The translations under genes and the position numbers were made by a program. Below the pieces are notes generated by a model, which was given only the letters and a program-made list of their open reading frames with translations, ran no database searches and had not been told where the DNA came from. Source: Raja brachyura (lineage: Eukaryota). From it: a stretch of DNA of 64,000 bases. Positions within the stretch are counted from its first letter, which is position 1, and every line of letters begins with the position of its first letter. Location: NCBI GenBank assembly GCA_963514005.1, contig OY740808.1:30070001-30134000 (forward strand), in the 5' to 3' direction. Shown in pieces: positions 12,815 to 24,469 of the stretch.

Positions 12815-13152
12815 AGTCTTGGCTGGACTGGACAGGACTGAAATAAACTAGATCAGACTTAATGAACCTGACCAAGCTTGAGTGGACCCAACTGGACGTG
12901 ACTGAATTGGATTGGACTGGAGCAGACATGATTGGACTGCACTGAGCACAACTGGGTTTGACTGGACTGGACTGGACTGGACTCAACTGAACCAAACTTA
13001 ATCCAACTGGAGATAAACACCAAAAGCTGCAGTAACTCAGCGGGACAGGCCGCATCTCTGGAGAGAAGGAATGGGTGGCGTTTCAGGTCGAGATCCTTCT
13101 TCCAATGGGACTGGATTAGACTGGAGTAGACTGGTCTGGACTAGGCTAGACT
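12815..13152. repeat. Degenerate (GGACT)n pentamer repeat interrupted by a Penelope pLTR fragment (~13010-13102)
   Basis: Seen directly. Confidence 0.85.
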
Positions 13153-14340
13153 CAGCATTCACCTGCCATGCATCTGCCCATCTCACCAATCTGGTTCTAT
13201 TTTGCTGCAGTCTATCATGAGACTTCTTTTGCAGTTCTCAATATTGCCAAATTCTGCGTCCTCGATAAATTCAGAAATTGTGGTTTACAATTCCCCCCCC
13301 AGCAAGTCTAGGCCATTGACATAGCTTAAAAACATTGGTCATTGGGTAATTAGGTAATTAGGTAACATTGGATCGTTAGGTAACCCAGCCAACAAGTAAC
13401 GGTGGAAGTTCAGTAGCAGCTTCTCTGGATTATACACACGAGCTCAGAAATATGGAGAGTTCCTCAGTGTAAGAGTACCATTCTCTTTTCAAGTTGATGG
13501 TGTTCTCAATTTTTGGAAGCAGGCTTTTGGAACTCATTACAACTGGTTTTTGGTATCATCATAACTAAATCTGTCTAATTCGTAATTTTTCCAGTGCTAC
13601 TGGAACTTTTCCCCCAAGCTTTGCATTTACTGAGGAAATGCCATGGCCTATTTACTAAGTAATACTCAACCAGCCATGAAGCCCAGTGCAATACTGAGGG
13701 ATCAGTGTGTAATTAGTTTTTAAAACGGAGACACTTAGGCAAAGGGCCAAGATCCACAATGTGGGATATCATTGCAGATTAGGAGACCAGGGATATGAAA
13801 ATAGGTATGGCGGTACAGTGAGTTCAGTAAAGACTGGCAACAAAAGTGTTGTAAGTTTAAACCCAAACTTGTTACATTATGAATTTTTGCATTGAACCTG
13901 TAATGGAAAATGTGTCAGAAGGAACTGTAGATGCTGGTTTAAACCGAAGATAGACACAAAAAGCTGGAGCAACTCAGCGGGACAGGCAGCATCTCTGGAG
14001 AGAAGGAAAGGGTGACGTTTCAGGTCGAGACCTTTCTTCAGACAACAAAGCTATGACTTTAGTGGATGGATACGAGAAGATGTTATGGGAATGGTCAATT
14101 GTGGACCAATGCCAGAAAAGCGGAAACCACATTATTTTTAGGAAAACATCCCAACACATTCACTGATATTCTTTTGGAAATTTCAGTTTCATGTTATGGC
14201 TGTGTTTCCATACCCTCCTCTGTGACGTGGTCGCTGAGAGTAATCAGGGATAGATAATCAATACAAGCCTTGCTATTATTGATAGGAAATGTTGGAAACA
14301 CTCAAGCATCTTTATTTTATTTTAGCTCAGATTACCTTAG

Positions 14341-14647
14341 TGATACAGCATGGAAACAGGCCCTTCGGCCCACTGAATCCACACCGACCATCGATCACCC
14401 GTTTACACTAGTTCTATGTTATCTCACATTCCCATCTACTCCCCAAACACACCAGGGGTAATTTACAAAGGCCAATTAACCTACAAACCCGCACGTCCTT
14501 GGGATGTTAGAGGAGACAGGAAGAAACCCACAGGGTCACAGGGAGAACCTGCAAACCTTATACGGACAGCACCCGAGGTCAGGATTAAACCCAGGTCTCT
14601 GGTGCTGTGAGGCAGCAGCTATACCAGCTGCGTCATTGTGCCACCCT
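14341..14647 (-). mobile_element. HE1-type tRNA-derived V-SINE
   Basis: Reverse complement has a tRNA-like head with A/B boxes, the V-domain and a CR1-like tail (GGGCCGAAGGGCCTGTTTCCATGCTGTATC). Confidence 0.85.
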
Positions 14648-17300
14648 GTGGAAAGAAAAACAGGGTTAATGTTTTAAGTCGGAGACCCTGCATCCAGACT
14701 TAGTTCTGACAAAGGATCTCACCCTCAAATGTTAACTGTTTCAATTTCCACAGGTACTATCTGACGTGGTGAGTATTTCCACCATTGTCTGCTTTTGTTT
14801 CAGATTTCCAGTATCTGCAGGTTTTTTAAAAATTTGCATTTCCAGTATTGCCAGATGGCCGTGGTCGCTAGACACATGGCCCCTGCGTGCCGCAGCCCAT
14901 CACAACAACAGGGGAGGATGGAGGGAGATGACGGCTGTCGCTGGACAAGGGGCCCAGTAAGAAGAACTGGGGTGGGGGGGGGGGGGGGTGTCTTACCTTC
15001 TGTGCCCTAAATGTCGGCAGTGGGAGGCGTCCCCCTAGAAACACTGGCAGAAGAGGCCCATGCAATGGTCCAGGGGACGACCAGAATGGAGGTGATGGCT
15101 GCAATGGGGGACAATTACTGCAATGGGCCTTTGTGTCCAGCTGCGTCTGGGACTGTAAATGGCGCTAAAATGGCGACTTTTGCTCAGACACTTAGTGGAC
15201 ATTCTGCTCCAACTGGGGCATGCTGCTCATGTATATGGTGGTAGTCTGGAACCATGTTTGCTCATTCAAGATGTCCCCTTCAGATCATTACATCTCCTGT
15301 GATTGAAGCAACAGTAGACATCCTCATTACCATCTCTGCTCCTGCACCACTGCAAGGATAAATTGACTGCAGCTTTAAGAAGCAGTACTTGCTGGGTATT
15401 ATAAAGGGCCTTCTGTTTACCCCCTAACAGGGCACCATCAACAGCAGTGAGCAGGGACACTGGAGAGAGGGAAGATCTTCACCATGAAGCCACGATAATG
15501 GAGACACAAGGACCTGCAGATGCTGGCACCTTGAGCAGAACACAAAGTGCTGCTGGAACTCAGCGGGGCAGGTAGCATCTATGGGGGGAATGGGCAGGTA
15601 ACGTTTCAGGTCGGGTCATAGAAACATAGATAATAGGCTATTCAATGTGGTCATGGCCGCTCATCCAGAATCAAGGGTCAATCTGAAGAAGACTCCTGAT
15701 CCAAAAGGCAACCTGTCCATCGCCTTCACAGATGCTGCCCGACCCGATGAGTCCTCAGAACTTTGTGTTTTGATGATGAAGAGTATACATGTGTGAGTGT
15801 ACCTGGCACACTCAATCCCACCTGAGAGATGAGAACAGACCATCAGTAGATTAGATTAAAGGGAATCATATGACAGGCACTCAGACACTAATGGGCTGCA
15901 ATCTTGTAGCAGACACAGCAATTCTAGTGTGAATCATCATCAGAGCGAAGATCATACCTCTGCATGGTCCCAGAGAATTCAGATGCTGCTTGACCCACTG
16001 GCGTTCTCTGGAGTTTTCTGTCTTTATTTCACATTTTCAGCATCTGCAGGTTTTTATTTGCTTTCTAGATTACAGTGAAAACCTGGTTCACTAAACGCTC
16101 TTCAGGGCAGGGAATCTTCTTTCCTTGTCCTACCCAAACAGGATGTTACTTCAGATCCTCAGCAACTCAGATCCTCAAATGCCCTCTGAAGCGCTCTGGG
16201 AATCCGTGAGGTTTTATCATCAACTGCTAGGTACCGAGCAAATAACTTCAGCACACTCTGAAGGACAATTAGGGATGAGAAATAAATGATGCGCTTTCCA
16301 ACCAAACCTTCATCCCATGAGAATGAATAATGACACGAGGACTGAGTTTAAGAATACTTTGGGGCAGAAGAAGAAAAGGAAATAAAATCAGGTCTGCACC
16401 CGAAGAAAGATTGGAAATTCAAAATGTTAAACATAAAATGAAAAGACCCAGAGCACTCCACTATCAATGCTCTTCTGCATTTTTCTAAAATCACATCTGC
16501 AAAATGATCAACAGTAATGTAAAAACAATTTACCATGGACCTTCCACTTCAATTATTTCACTGACTTATCCAGGGCACTAAATTGATAGACATCACCACA
16601 ATGCAGGCAATCTGGACGATATACAGGAATATTTGCGAAATCTTGGCAAAAAAGGATACGGATTTTGTGGCTATACAATTAATAATACAAGTGGCAGAAT
16701 GCTATCCAGCTGGCATAGATAGGAATGTTTGGAAATTAAATACCCTTCGTGTTTTCATTTAGCGTAACACAGTACTTCAGATGTTCTTTTTCAAACCTAT
16801 TTTAAAAGGCATTACTGTCAACTACAATTACAGCTGGAATTTACGGCGCCAACACAAGAAGCTCAGCGGTGACACATGGGGTGTTAATAATGTATAAATT
16901 TTAAAATGCTTTTATTTACGAGAATGATTCTGACTGGAACGTGAGCCTGGTGCTCACCACCACTCCCTCCCCCAGTCCTTGCACCGCCCCTTATTTTTAT
17001 CTCAAATAACTTAGCATGTCAATTGCGCATTGATAATTACTGAGAACTTGGGATGGCTCCAAGACATGCAGTTTCAATTGCCAATGTTGTATTTAGTGGC
17101 TCCACACCCGGCCTCAAAAGCCGGTCTTTGTCAACATCTTGTAGTTGCCCTTTCAAGGCAGTGGAGGAATTACTAACGTGCAAGATAGCAGCAGGGTGTG
17201 GGTGTTGATGGTGGGGTGGGGAGTTGAGGGAAAGTGTGCTTGTGCTTAAGGTAATTGTTGTTTATGCATTCAGGGTCCCAACCTGAAACATCACCTATTC

Positions 17301-17658
17301 TGTGTAAGAAAGAACTGCAGATGCTGGTTTAAATCGAAGGTAGACACAAAATGCTGGAGTAACACAGCGGTGAGGCAGCATCTCTGGAGAGAAGGAATGG
17401 GCGACGTTTTGGGTCGAGACCCTTCTTCAGACTGATGTCGGGGGAGTGGGCCGGACAAAGATAGAATGTAGGTGGAGACAGTAAGACTGGTGGGAGAACT
17501 GGGAAGGGAGAAGGGATGGAGAGAGAAAGCAAGGGCTATCTGAAGTTAGAGAAGTCAATGTTCATACCGCTGGGGTGTAAACTACCCAAGCGAAACACCT
17601 CATATTTTGCTTGGGTAGATTACACCCCAGCGGTATGAACATTAACTTCTCTAACTGC
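17301..17658 (-). mobile_element. 5'-truncated Penelope fragment with inverted segment, inserted into another pLTR copy
   Basis: 13 bp TSD ACATCACCTATTC (17288-17300, 17659-17671). 17545-17596 and 17603-17656 are inverted copies of the GIY-YIG C-terminal coding end. Confidence 0.85.
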
Positions 17659-17814
17659 ACATCACCTATTCCTTCTCTCCAGAGAAGCTGCCTGTCACGC
17701 TGAGTTACTCCAGCATTTTGTGTCTATCTTCAGTTTTAACCAGCATCTGCAGTTCCTCCCTACACATCACCTATCCATGTTCTCCAGAGATGCTGCTGAG
17801 TTATTCCAACGCTC

Positions 17815-18137
17815 TGTTTAGTTTATTTTGGAGGTACAGCATGAAAACAGCATGACTTTTGGCCCAAATAGTCCACAGCACCATTGGTCACCCCCTTTCA
17901 CACTAGTTCTACTTTATCCCGCTTTCTCTACACTTTAGGGGCAATTTTAAAAGATCAATTAACTACAAACCAGCACGCATTGGGATGTGGGAGGAAACTA
18001 GAGCACCCAGAGGAAACCCACGTGCTCCCATGGAGAACGTGCAAACTCCACACAGACAGCACCCAAGGTCAGGATTGAACCTGGGTTTCTGCCGCAGTGA
18101 GGCAGTGGCTCTACCAGCTGCATCACTGCATCGCCCA
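17815..18137 (-). mobile_element. HE1-type SINE
   Basis: Same head, V-domain and tail as the other copies. Confidence 0.8.
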
Positions 18138-19061
18138 CTTTGGGTTTTTTAATGTAAACCAGCATCTGCAGTTTCTTGTGTCCACATATTAGCTATTCAT
18201 TCCTGACTATATTCAAATTTAGGTACAAACAATTTTTGAAAAAGCACACCTTCTCCCCTCCTGCTCCAATCAGTCTGAAGAAGGGTCCCAATCTGCCCAT
18301 TCCCTCCTGACCCACTGTGTTACTCCAGCACTTTGTATTTCAATCAAGATTCAAGCATCTGCAGTTCTTTGTGGCCCTCTTCCAAAAAATACCAAAGTTG
18401 GCTTCTTTTATTGAAGACCCAAGCTTCAAGTGAACAGAAAACAAACAGAAAAGAACGATGAACATTAATGTGAAACAGTGCCACTATGAAAGATGTGAGG
18501 TCGTTTATTTCAACAGCCCTATCCCATTTATCAAATGCAAATCGTTGACATTGCATTATTATTGGAAGTACTTACAACCATTGACTAATTTGTCTTTTTA
18601 TCCTTTCAGCTTGCTGATTTTTCCTTGTTCTTTTTCCTCACTGGTTTTCCTCTTTCAAACTACACAATTTTATCTACTGCTTTCCAGCACCTTCCCACAT
18701 TCCAAACAAATCCATCACAGCTTACAGGTGAACTCCTACCAACCTGCAGTCTCCGCTCTGACGCTGGTTATAATGGAACAAAATCCTAGAAATCACTGCA
18801 TTTTAAAGTGGCTCCGCTTTCGATTTGAGTAAAAAAAATAACAGATTCGCAGTTATCAAATGTCAGAAGGAGAAACAATTGATCAACGTGGCCAGAATGT
18901 AATTTGAACACTGCAACTCTGCCAATGCCGACTTAAGAAACAGAGGCCAATTAATTTATTTAGATTGGAGATACAAGGGGCTGCAGATGCTGGAATCTTG
19001 AACAAACTGCAACGTGCTGGAGGAACTCAGCAGGTCAGCCAGCTTTTGTGGAGTGAATGGA

Positions 19062-19250
19062 CATTATTTTTTCCAAAAATACATTTTATTCAGAATAATA
19101 AAAAGACATATACAAAACAAGAACAACTCTTCCGACATTCTCAGCAGATATACATACATTCATTAGTGTTATAGTTGGCAGTGTGCACAAAACTATCATT
19201 ATAACAGGTACCCTTGCCACTCATGTGGCCCCCGAGGTGATTTCCCTTTC
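19062..19250 (-). mobile_element. Tx1-like LINE 3' UTR fragment
   Basis: TTTTATTCAGAATAA..GCCACTCATGTGGCCCC resembles the 3' end at 870-1010. Confidence 0.55.
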
Positions 19251-20026
19251 CTTGCTTGAGGGGAATCTCCTCTTGAGTTGGAACCTAGACAATTCTTCTT
19301 TCGTGTCCATCTTCCATGTTTCAAAGTTGACATCGCTGTCATCGTCCGTCCTGAAAAGGACACAAACTTCCGGCGACCATAAATAGGAGGCATCACTTGT
19401 TACAATAGATGATGGTGGTGGCAGAATTAGCTCAGGATACTTCCAGTTTCCAGCCCCGCGACGTGGACGCTTCTGCGATGGGGCCACCTAGCCAATGGTG
19501 CCTATGTTTGTTTGTCCACCTGTATGTGACAATAAAGTATAAAATAAAATAAACAAACATGTGACAATAAGGTATCATTCATTCGTTCATCCATGCTGAT
19601 CTGCTGTTGCCGCAACAGGATGCTGAATCTGAGGGGAATGTTGAAATTCAATCTAGAAAGGACTTTGCAGTCATACAAACTCCATGTTGGATGAGGTTTC
19701 TGATATCCTAACGAAATACATTGACCATTTTTTAATCGTACATTGAAATCACGCCTTTCAAATTCCTTCCCATACGGTGAAAGTCTTCTTCTTTTTGTGT
19801 CCACCTTGTTACAAATGTTGAACTCGCTGTCATCATCCGTCCTGAAAAGGACGCGAGCTTCCGGCGATAATCAGTGCAAGCCTTCACTTGTCGCAGTAGA
19901 TGATGGTGGTAGCAGAATTAGCTCAGGACACTTCCAGTTCCCAACCCTGCGACATGGATGCTTCTGCTATGGGGCCACGGTGAAAGTAATATGTTGGAAA
20001 GGGTGCACTGGGATGTTACCTGGGCC

Positions 20027-20145
20027 TAGGGTTGCCAACTGCCCTGTATTAGCTGGGCCATCCTGTATATTGGGCTAAATTGGTTTGTCCCGTACGGGGC
20101 CGCCCTTGTCCTGTATTTGACCGCTACTACTCGGGACTGTCGGAT
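20027..20145. mobile_element. hAT-like DNA transposon single end
   Basis: Begins TAGGGTTGCCA with subterminal GTCC(C/T)GTA repeats. No partner TIR seen. Confidence 0.55.
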
Positions 20146-20353
20146 TTAGACGACCAAAGGCCAAATGAAGGCAAATGTGACCAGCCCAGTACACCAACTT
20201 GGTCGGCATGGAAAAGATGGACCAAAGGGCCTGTTTCTGTGCAGTATTGATCCATGACTTTAAAAACTCCAAAATCATATTATTTTGGAACGCACTCTCA
20301 ATCTGAGCAGTGGTTAAAAATGATCAAGAGCAAATCATTGTGGTCAGCTTGAT

Positions 20354-20567
20354 ATAAACAAGGAACTGCAGATGCTGGTTTACACAAAAAGAGATACAAA
20401 GTGCTGGAGTAATTCAGCGGGTCTGGCTGCATCTTTAGAGAATGCGGATAGGTGACGTTTCGGGACCGTTCTTCAGACTGATGGGAATTTAGTCTGAAAA
20501 GGGGTGTCTCTTTTGACCCCAAAACTTAACTTATCTATATTCTCCAGAGATGCTGTCTGACCCACTG
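20354..20567. mobile_element. Fold-back pair of Penelope pLTR halves
   Basis: Minus-strand half ends TTCTTCAGACT and a plus-strand half begins AGTCTGAAAAGGGG. Confidence 0.75.
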
Positions 20568-22194
20568 TATATTAGTAATCTTTGAAAGCAATTATAAAGA
20601 AAAAGCTACAGGAAAAATGAACATAGAAAATAATGAATTTACGAATCATCATATGGATTCATGAACTCACTAGATAATTTCTAGTAAACCTGGAAGATAG
20701 CATTGGGAGTTAATATTAAACACACTGTCGAAGTGTGGGGAACATGAAAAGGATTGAAAGCGCACAAACAAAAAGTGTTGCAGGAGCAAGCCTATACTCG
20801 ATCAGACAGTGAACAGATCTCATTCCACATTCCAGGCAGCAAACACATGAGCATGAGACTTTCGATGTCAGCGAAAGAATTCTTCCTTTTTCAGCTCAGC
20901 CAACGTTCTTATGAGCAAAAAGATAAGGAAGGTAAACCACTTGTATATCAGTGCAGAAATGCAATGTAAGCAGTAATTCCTGCAGCACAGATTCACAGTA
21001 CAGAAATTATCTGAGACTCAGTAAAGATGGATGATTCCTTTAAAAATGTCACAAAGACCTCTATGTATCAGATATTGGATGGATTGTTTAGGAAAGAACT
21101 GCAGATGCTGGAAAAATTGAAGGTAGACAAAAAATGCTGGAGAAACTCAGCGGATGAGGCATCATCTATGGAAAGAAGGAATAGGCGACGTTTTGGGTCG
21201 AGGCCCTTCTTCAGACTGATATCTGATGGAGATGGGATGGCATGATTTCTTTTTGATAACTTGAAACTAAACTAAGGGAAACAAGGGTTGATACTGGAGG
21301 CCCCATTGGATTTCAAAGGGTAGCCAGTCAGTTAGACATTCTCATGAATGCATTACACAATTTCTGAGGAGATTTTCTCCACAACACAGCCACTTAGTAT
21401 TGGATGTGCAGGACTATATTTGTTAGTATCTCAGTGGGACAGGCAGCATCTCTGGATAGAAAGATGAGTGAGGTTTCAGGTCGAGACCCTTCTTCAGACT
21501 GAGAGTCAAGAGAGAGAAGGATACAGAGATATGGAAGGATAAGGTGTGAAAACGAGACATCAAAGGGGACAAAGTTCAAAGAAAATGTAGAATAGATCAG
21601 TTAGCTAGGGGAAGCTGACAACAAAGCACACAAAGATAAAATTTAATCAGGAAGACAGCCAGACTGGTCGAAGAACTAGGATGTGGGAGAGGTGGAGAGA
21701 GAGGAAAAGCAAGGGTTGCCTGAAGTTAGAGATGTCGATATTCATACTGCTGGGTTGTAAGTTGCCCAAGCTGCAGTACTGGCCACGGTCAAACAGAAAT
21801 AAAACCTGTAGGTCTAGGAGATAGCTGACCACTGCAGTGAATTCCCTTTCAATTTAGGTGTAAAATCTTTCCCCATGTTTCAGCAGACCATGGATCAGTT
21901 CTCTGGTATTAATTAACCTTGACTTTTCCAGTTCTACAATAATTTAGAGTTAGGATTAGAAATATAATATAGAGATAATTTTATAACAGGATCATTAAAT
22001 GGTTAGTAGATAATTAGTTTTTCCCTTTGTTTATTCAGGAGTTTAACTAAAGTTAATGAAGAACAATTTTCATTTAGCATATGCCTTTCATTGTCTCAGA
22101 ATATTCCAAAATGCTTTAAAACAATGGAATAGTTTTGGAGTAAGATAGAAAATGCTGCTATGACTCTATATATATTGGCCAATACATTCGGCAA

Positions 22195-22515
22195 GGTGGC
22201 ATCATGGTGCAGTTAGTAGAGCTGTTACCTCACAGTGCCAGACACCAGCGTTCGATCCTGACCTCGGGTGATATGTGCGTGAGGTTTGCACGTTCTCCCT
22301 GTGACCATGTGGATTTCTTACGGATGCTCCAGTTTCCTCCCTCATCCCAATGACGTGCAGCTTTGCAGGTTCATTGGCCTTGTAAATTGTCCCAAGTGCG
22401 TAGGGAGTGGATGCAAAAGTGGGAGAACAGAGACCTAGCGTGAACACGTGATCGATGGTTGGCATGGACTCAATGGGCCAAAGGACATGTTTACGTGCTG
22501 TATCTTTCAATCAAT
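22195..22515 (+). mobile_element. HE1-type SINE
   Basis: GGTGGCATCATGGTGCAGTTAGTAGAGC (A box), GTTCGATCC (B box), V-domain, CR1-like tail. Confidence 0.85.
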
Positions 22516-24469
22516 TTGCACGAGGCAAGCTGTTGAAAACAGAAATATGATCAGCGTCAAAAAATATATTTGAATGATTTGCAGTGAAAGATAAATACTA
22601 ACCAGCACAATGGAATGAATAACCTTGTTTATGTTCAAGCCAGTCCATTGGGTTATGTTACATGCTGAGAGAACAGGTAGGTCTTGATTTAATTTTTGGT
22701 CCAATAGACACAGCAGTATTATCTCTAAACTGCACCAGTGGCAGGTGGGATGTTTCTGTTCAAGGCTTTGGACGGGAAGATCAAATGTTGTTCTTCTAAC
22801 TCAACTAAAGCTGACATGTTGAGAATTAAAGCGACCCTTAGAGTCAAAAACAATCTTTATAAGAATGCAGATATCAATAGTTTCCAATTAAATGCATTTA
22901 TGCAAAAGATTAACTAGTGCTCATTAAGGAAGCTAAAGTAGAGATTAACTATATCAAGTGGATAATGACTTGGACTGATAGATTGAGTTCCTGTCATTAC
23001 ATGACAAGGTACCTAGGGATTTAAATGAACGTAATGGACCAAATTAGCTCCATATTGGCAATTATATTATTAAAAATGACATCAGTTTCAAGAAGGATTT
23101 TTTCTTTCCATTTTCTAAGGAAAATGAAAAGTTTAGTTCAATATTTCAAAGTTAGAACATGTGGAAAAGTAATGTTCTACTATTTTCAAGAGATCTGTTT
23201 AGTTTTTTGTCACATGTACTGAGGTCCAGTGAAAAGCTTTTGTTGCATGCCATCCAGTCAACAGAAAGACAAACAAGATTATAAGCAAGCCATTTACAGT
23301 GTATAGATACATGATAAGGAAACAACGTTGAGGAAGGGCCTCGATCCGAAACGTCACCCATTCCTTCTCTCCAGAGATGCTGCCTGTCCCACTAAGTTAC
23401 TCCAGCATTTTGTGTCTATCTTCGCATCTGCAGTTCCTTCCTACATATCTCGACTTTGACATCTATTAAAGTGCCAAGAACAGAAAGCTGTTCATAATCA
23501 AAGAGAAATCTAAGACTATGAGAAGAATAACATGCAGTATTAATAAAAGTCAGAATTAAATATTTGTTGGCAATCTGGAGGGTAAAACATTCTGTATTTA
23601 CAGTAAGGCCAGGGAACAAATGAAATTTGTGATAGTGTAGTTGCATAGGACCTATGTTTGAGAAAGATATAAAAAGAAATACAGAGTTAACCATGTTTCA
23701 TAAGGTGGACAGTATTCCTTGGTCTCCTGTGCATATTCTTTGTTCCACCAACCTATCGAGAATAAGGTCGTCAGATGCTTTTATCCTATTCTCTCAGGCT
23801 CCTTGCACAGATACATGTGCCACTGTGGCCCACTCTCTTTCTTTAAGTCCTTTATCAATGCACCTTCAAAAGCGTTGGTCATCATCTTAATATTTAATTT
23901 GGGTATGGCATTCATTTTTTGCATTATATTTCTGAGGAGTACCGAAGGATGCATTGCTCTGTAAAACAAAATTCTTAGAAAATAAGTTGTTAATTCTTGA
24001 TACTTGGAAACTAAAAATGAAATGCTGAACATTTATCTTCCTTGGCACATTGTTGAATTCCAGAAGTTACATAATTATCACGTAAGGCTGAATCTTGCAA
24101 AATAGATTTCTTCATGAAATATTAAGTTTGTCCCAGGATTATACTTAGATCTGTGCAGATTAATAATACGTATGAATGGGAAGTTTACTGTCTGACTCTG
24201 AATAATGTCGGGATTAAATATTTATTCATTGTGTGTAAATACGGCAATAATCAATCACAAAAACCTTATCTAAAATATATCAACAAAATGTCATCAGCGC
24301 CTATTGCATTTTCTGATGCTTCACAGCATATCACTCCTGGTGAATAGAATACTTCACATCTCCTGCAGTCAAAACAGCAGCCCTGCAACATTTCAAAAGC
24401 TCAAGATCCGTGTAAAACCCTTCTTCCATTGAAAGTGCCACAACTCTTAAGCAGTATATATATTATTTC

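Noticed and set aside
20754-20969. 71 aa plus-strand ORF with a possible AG|GTAAAC donor
   Set aside because: No polypyrimidine acceptor and no recognisable homology.
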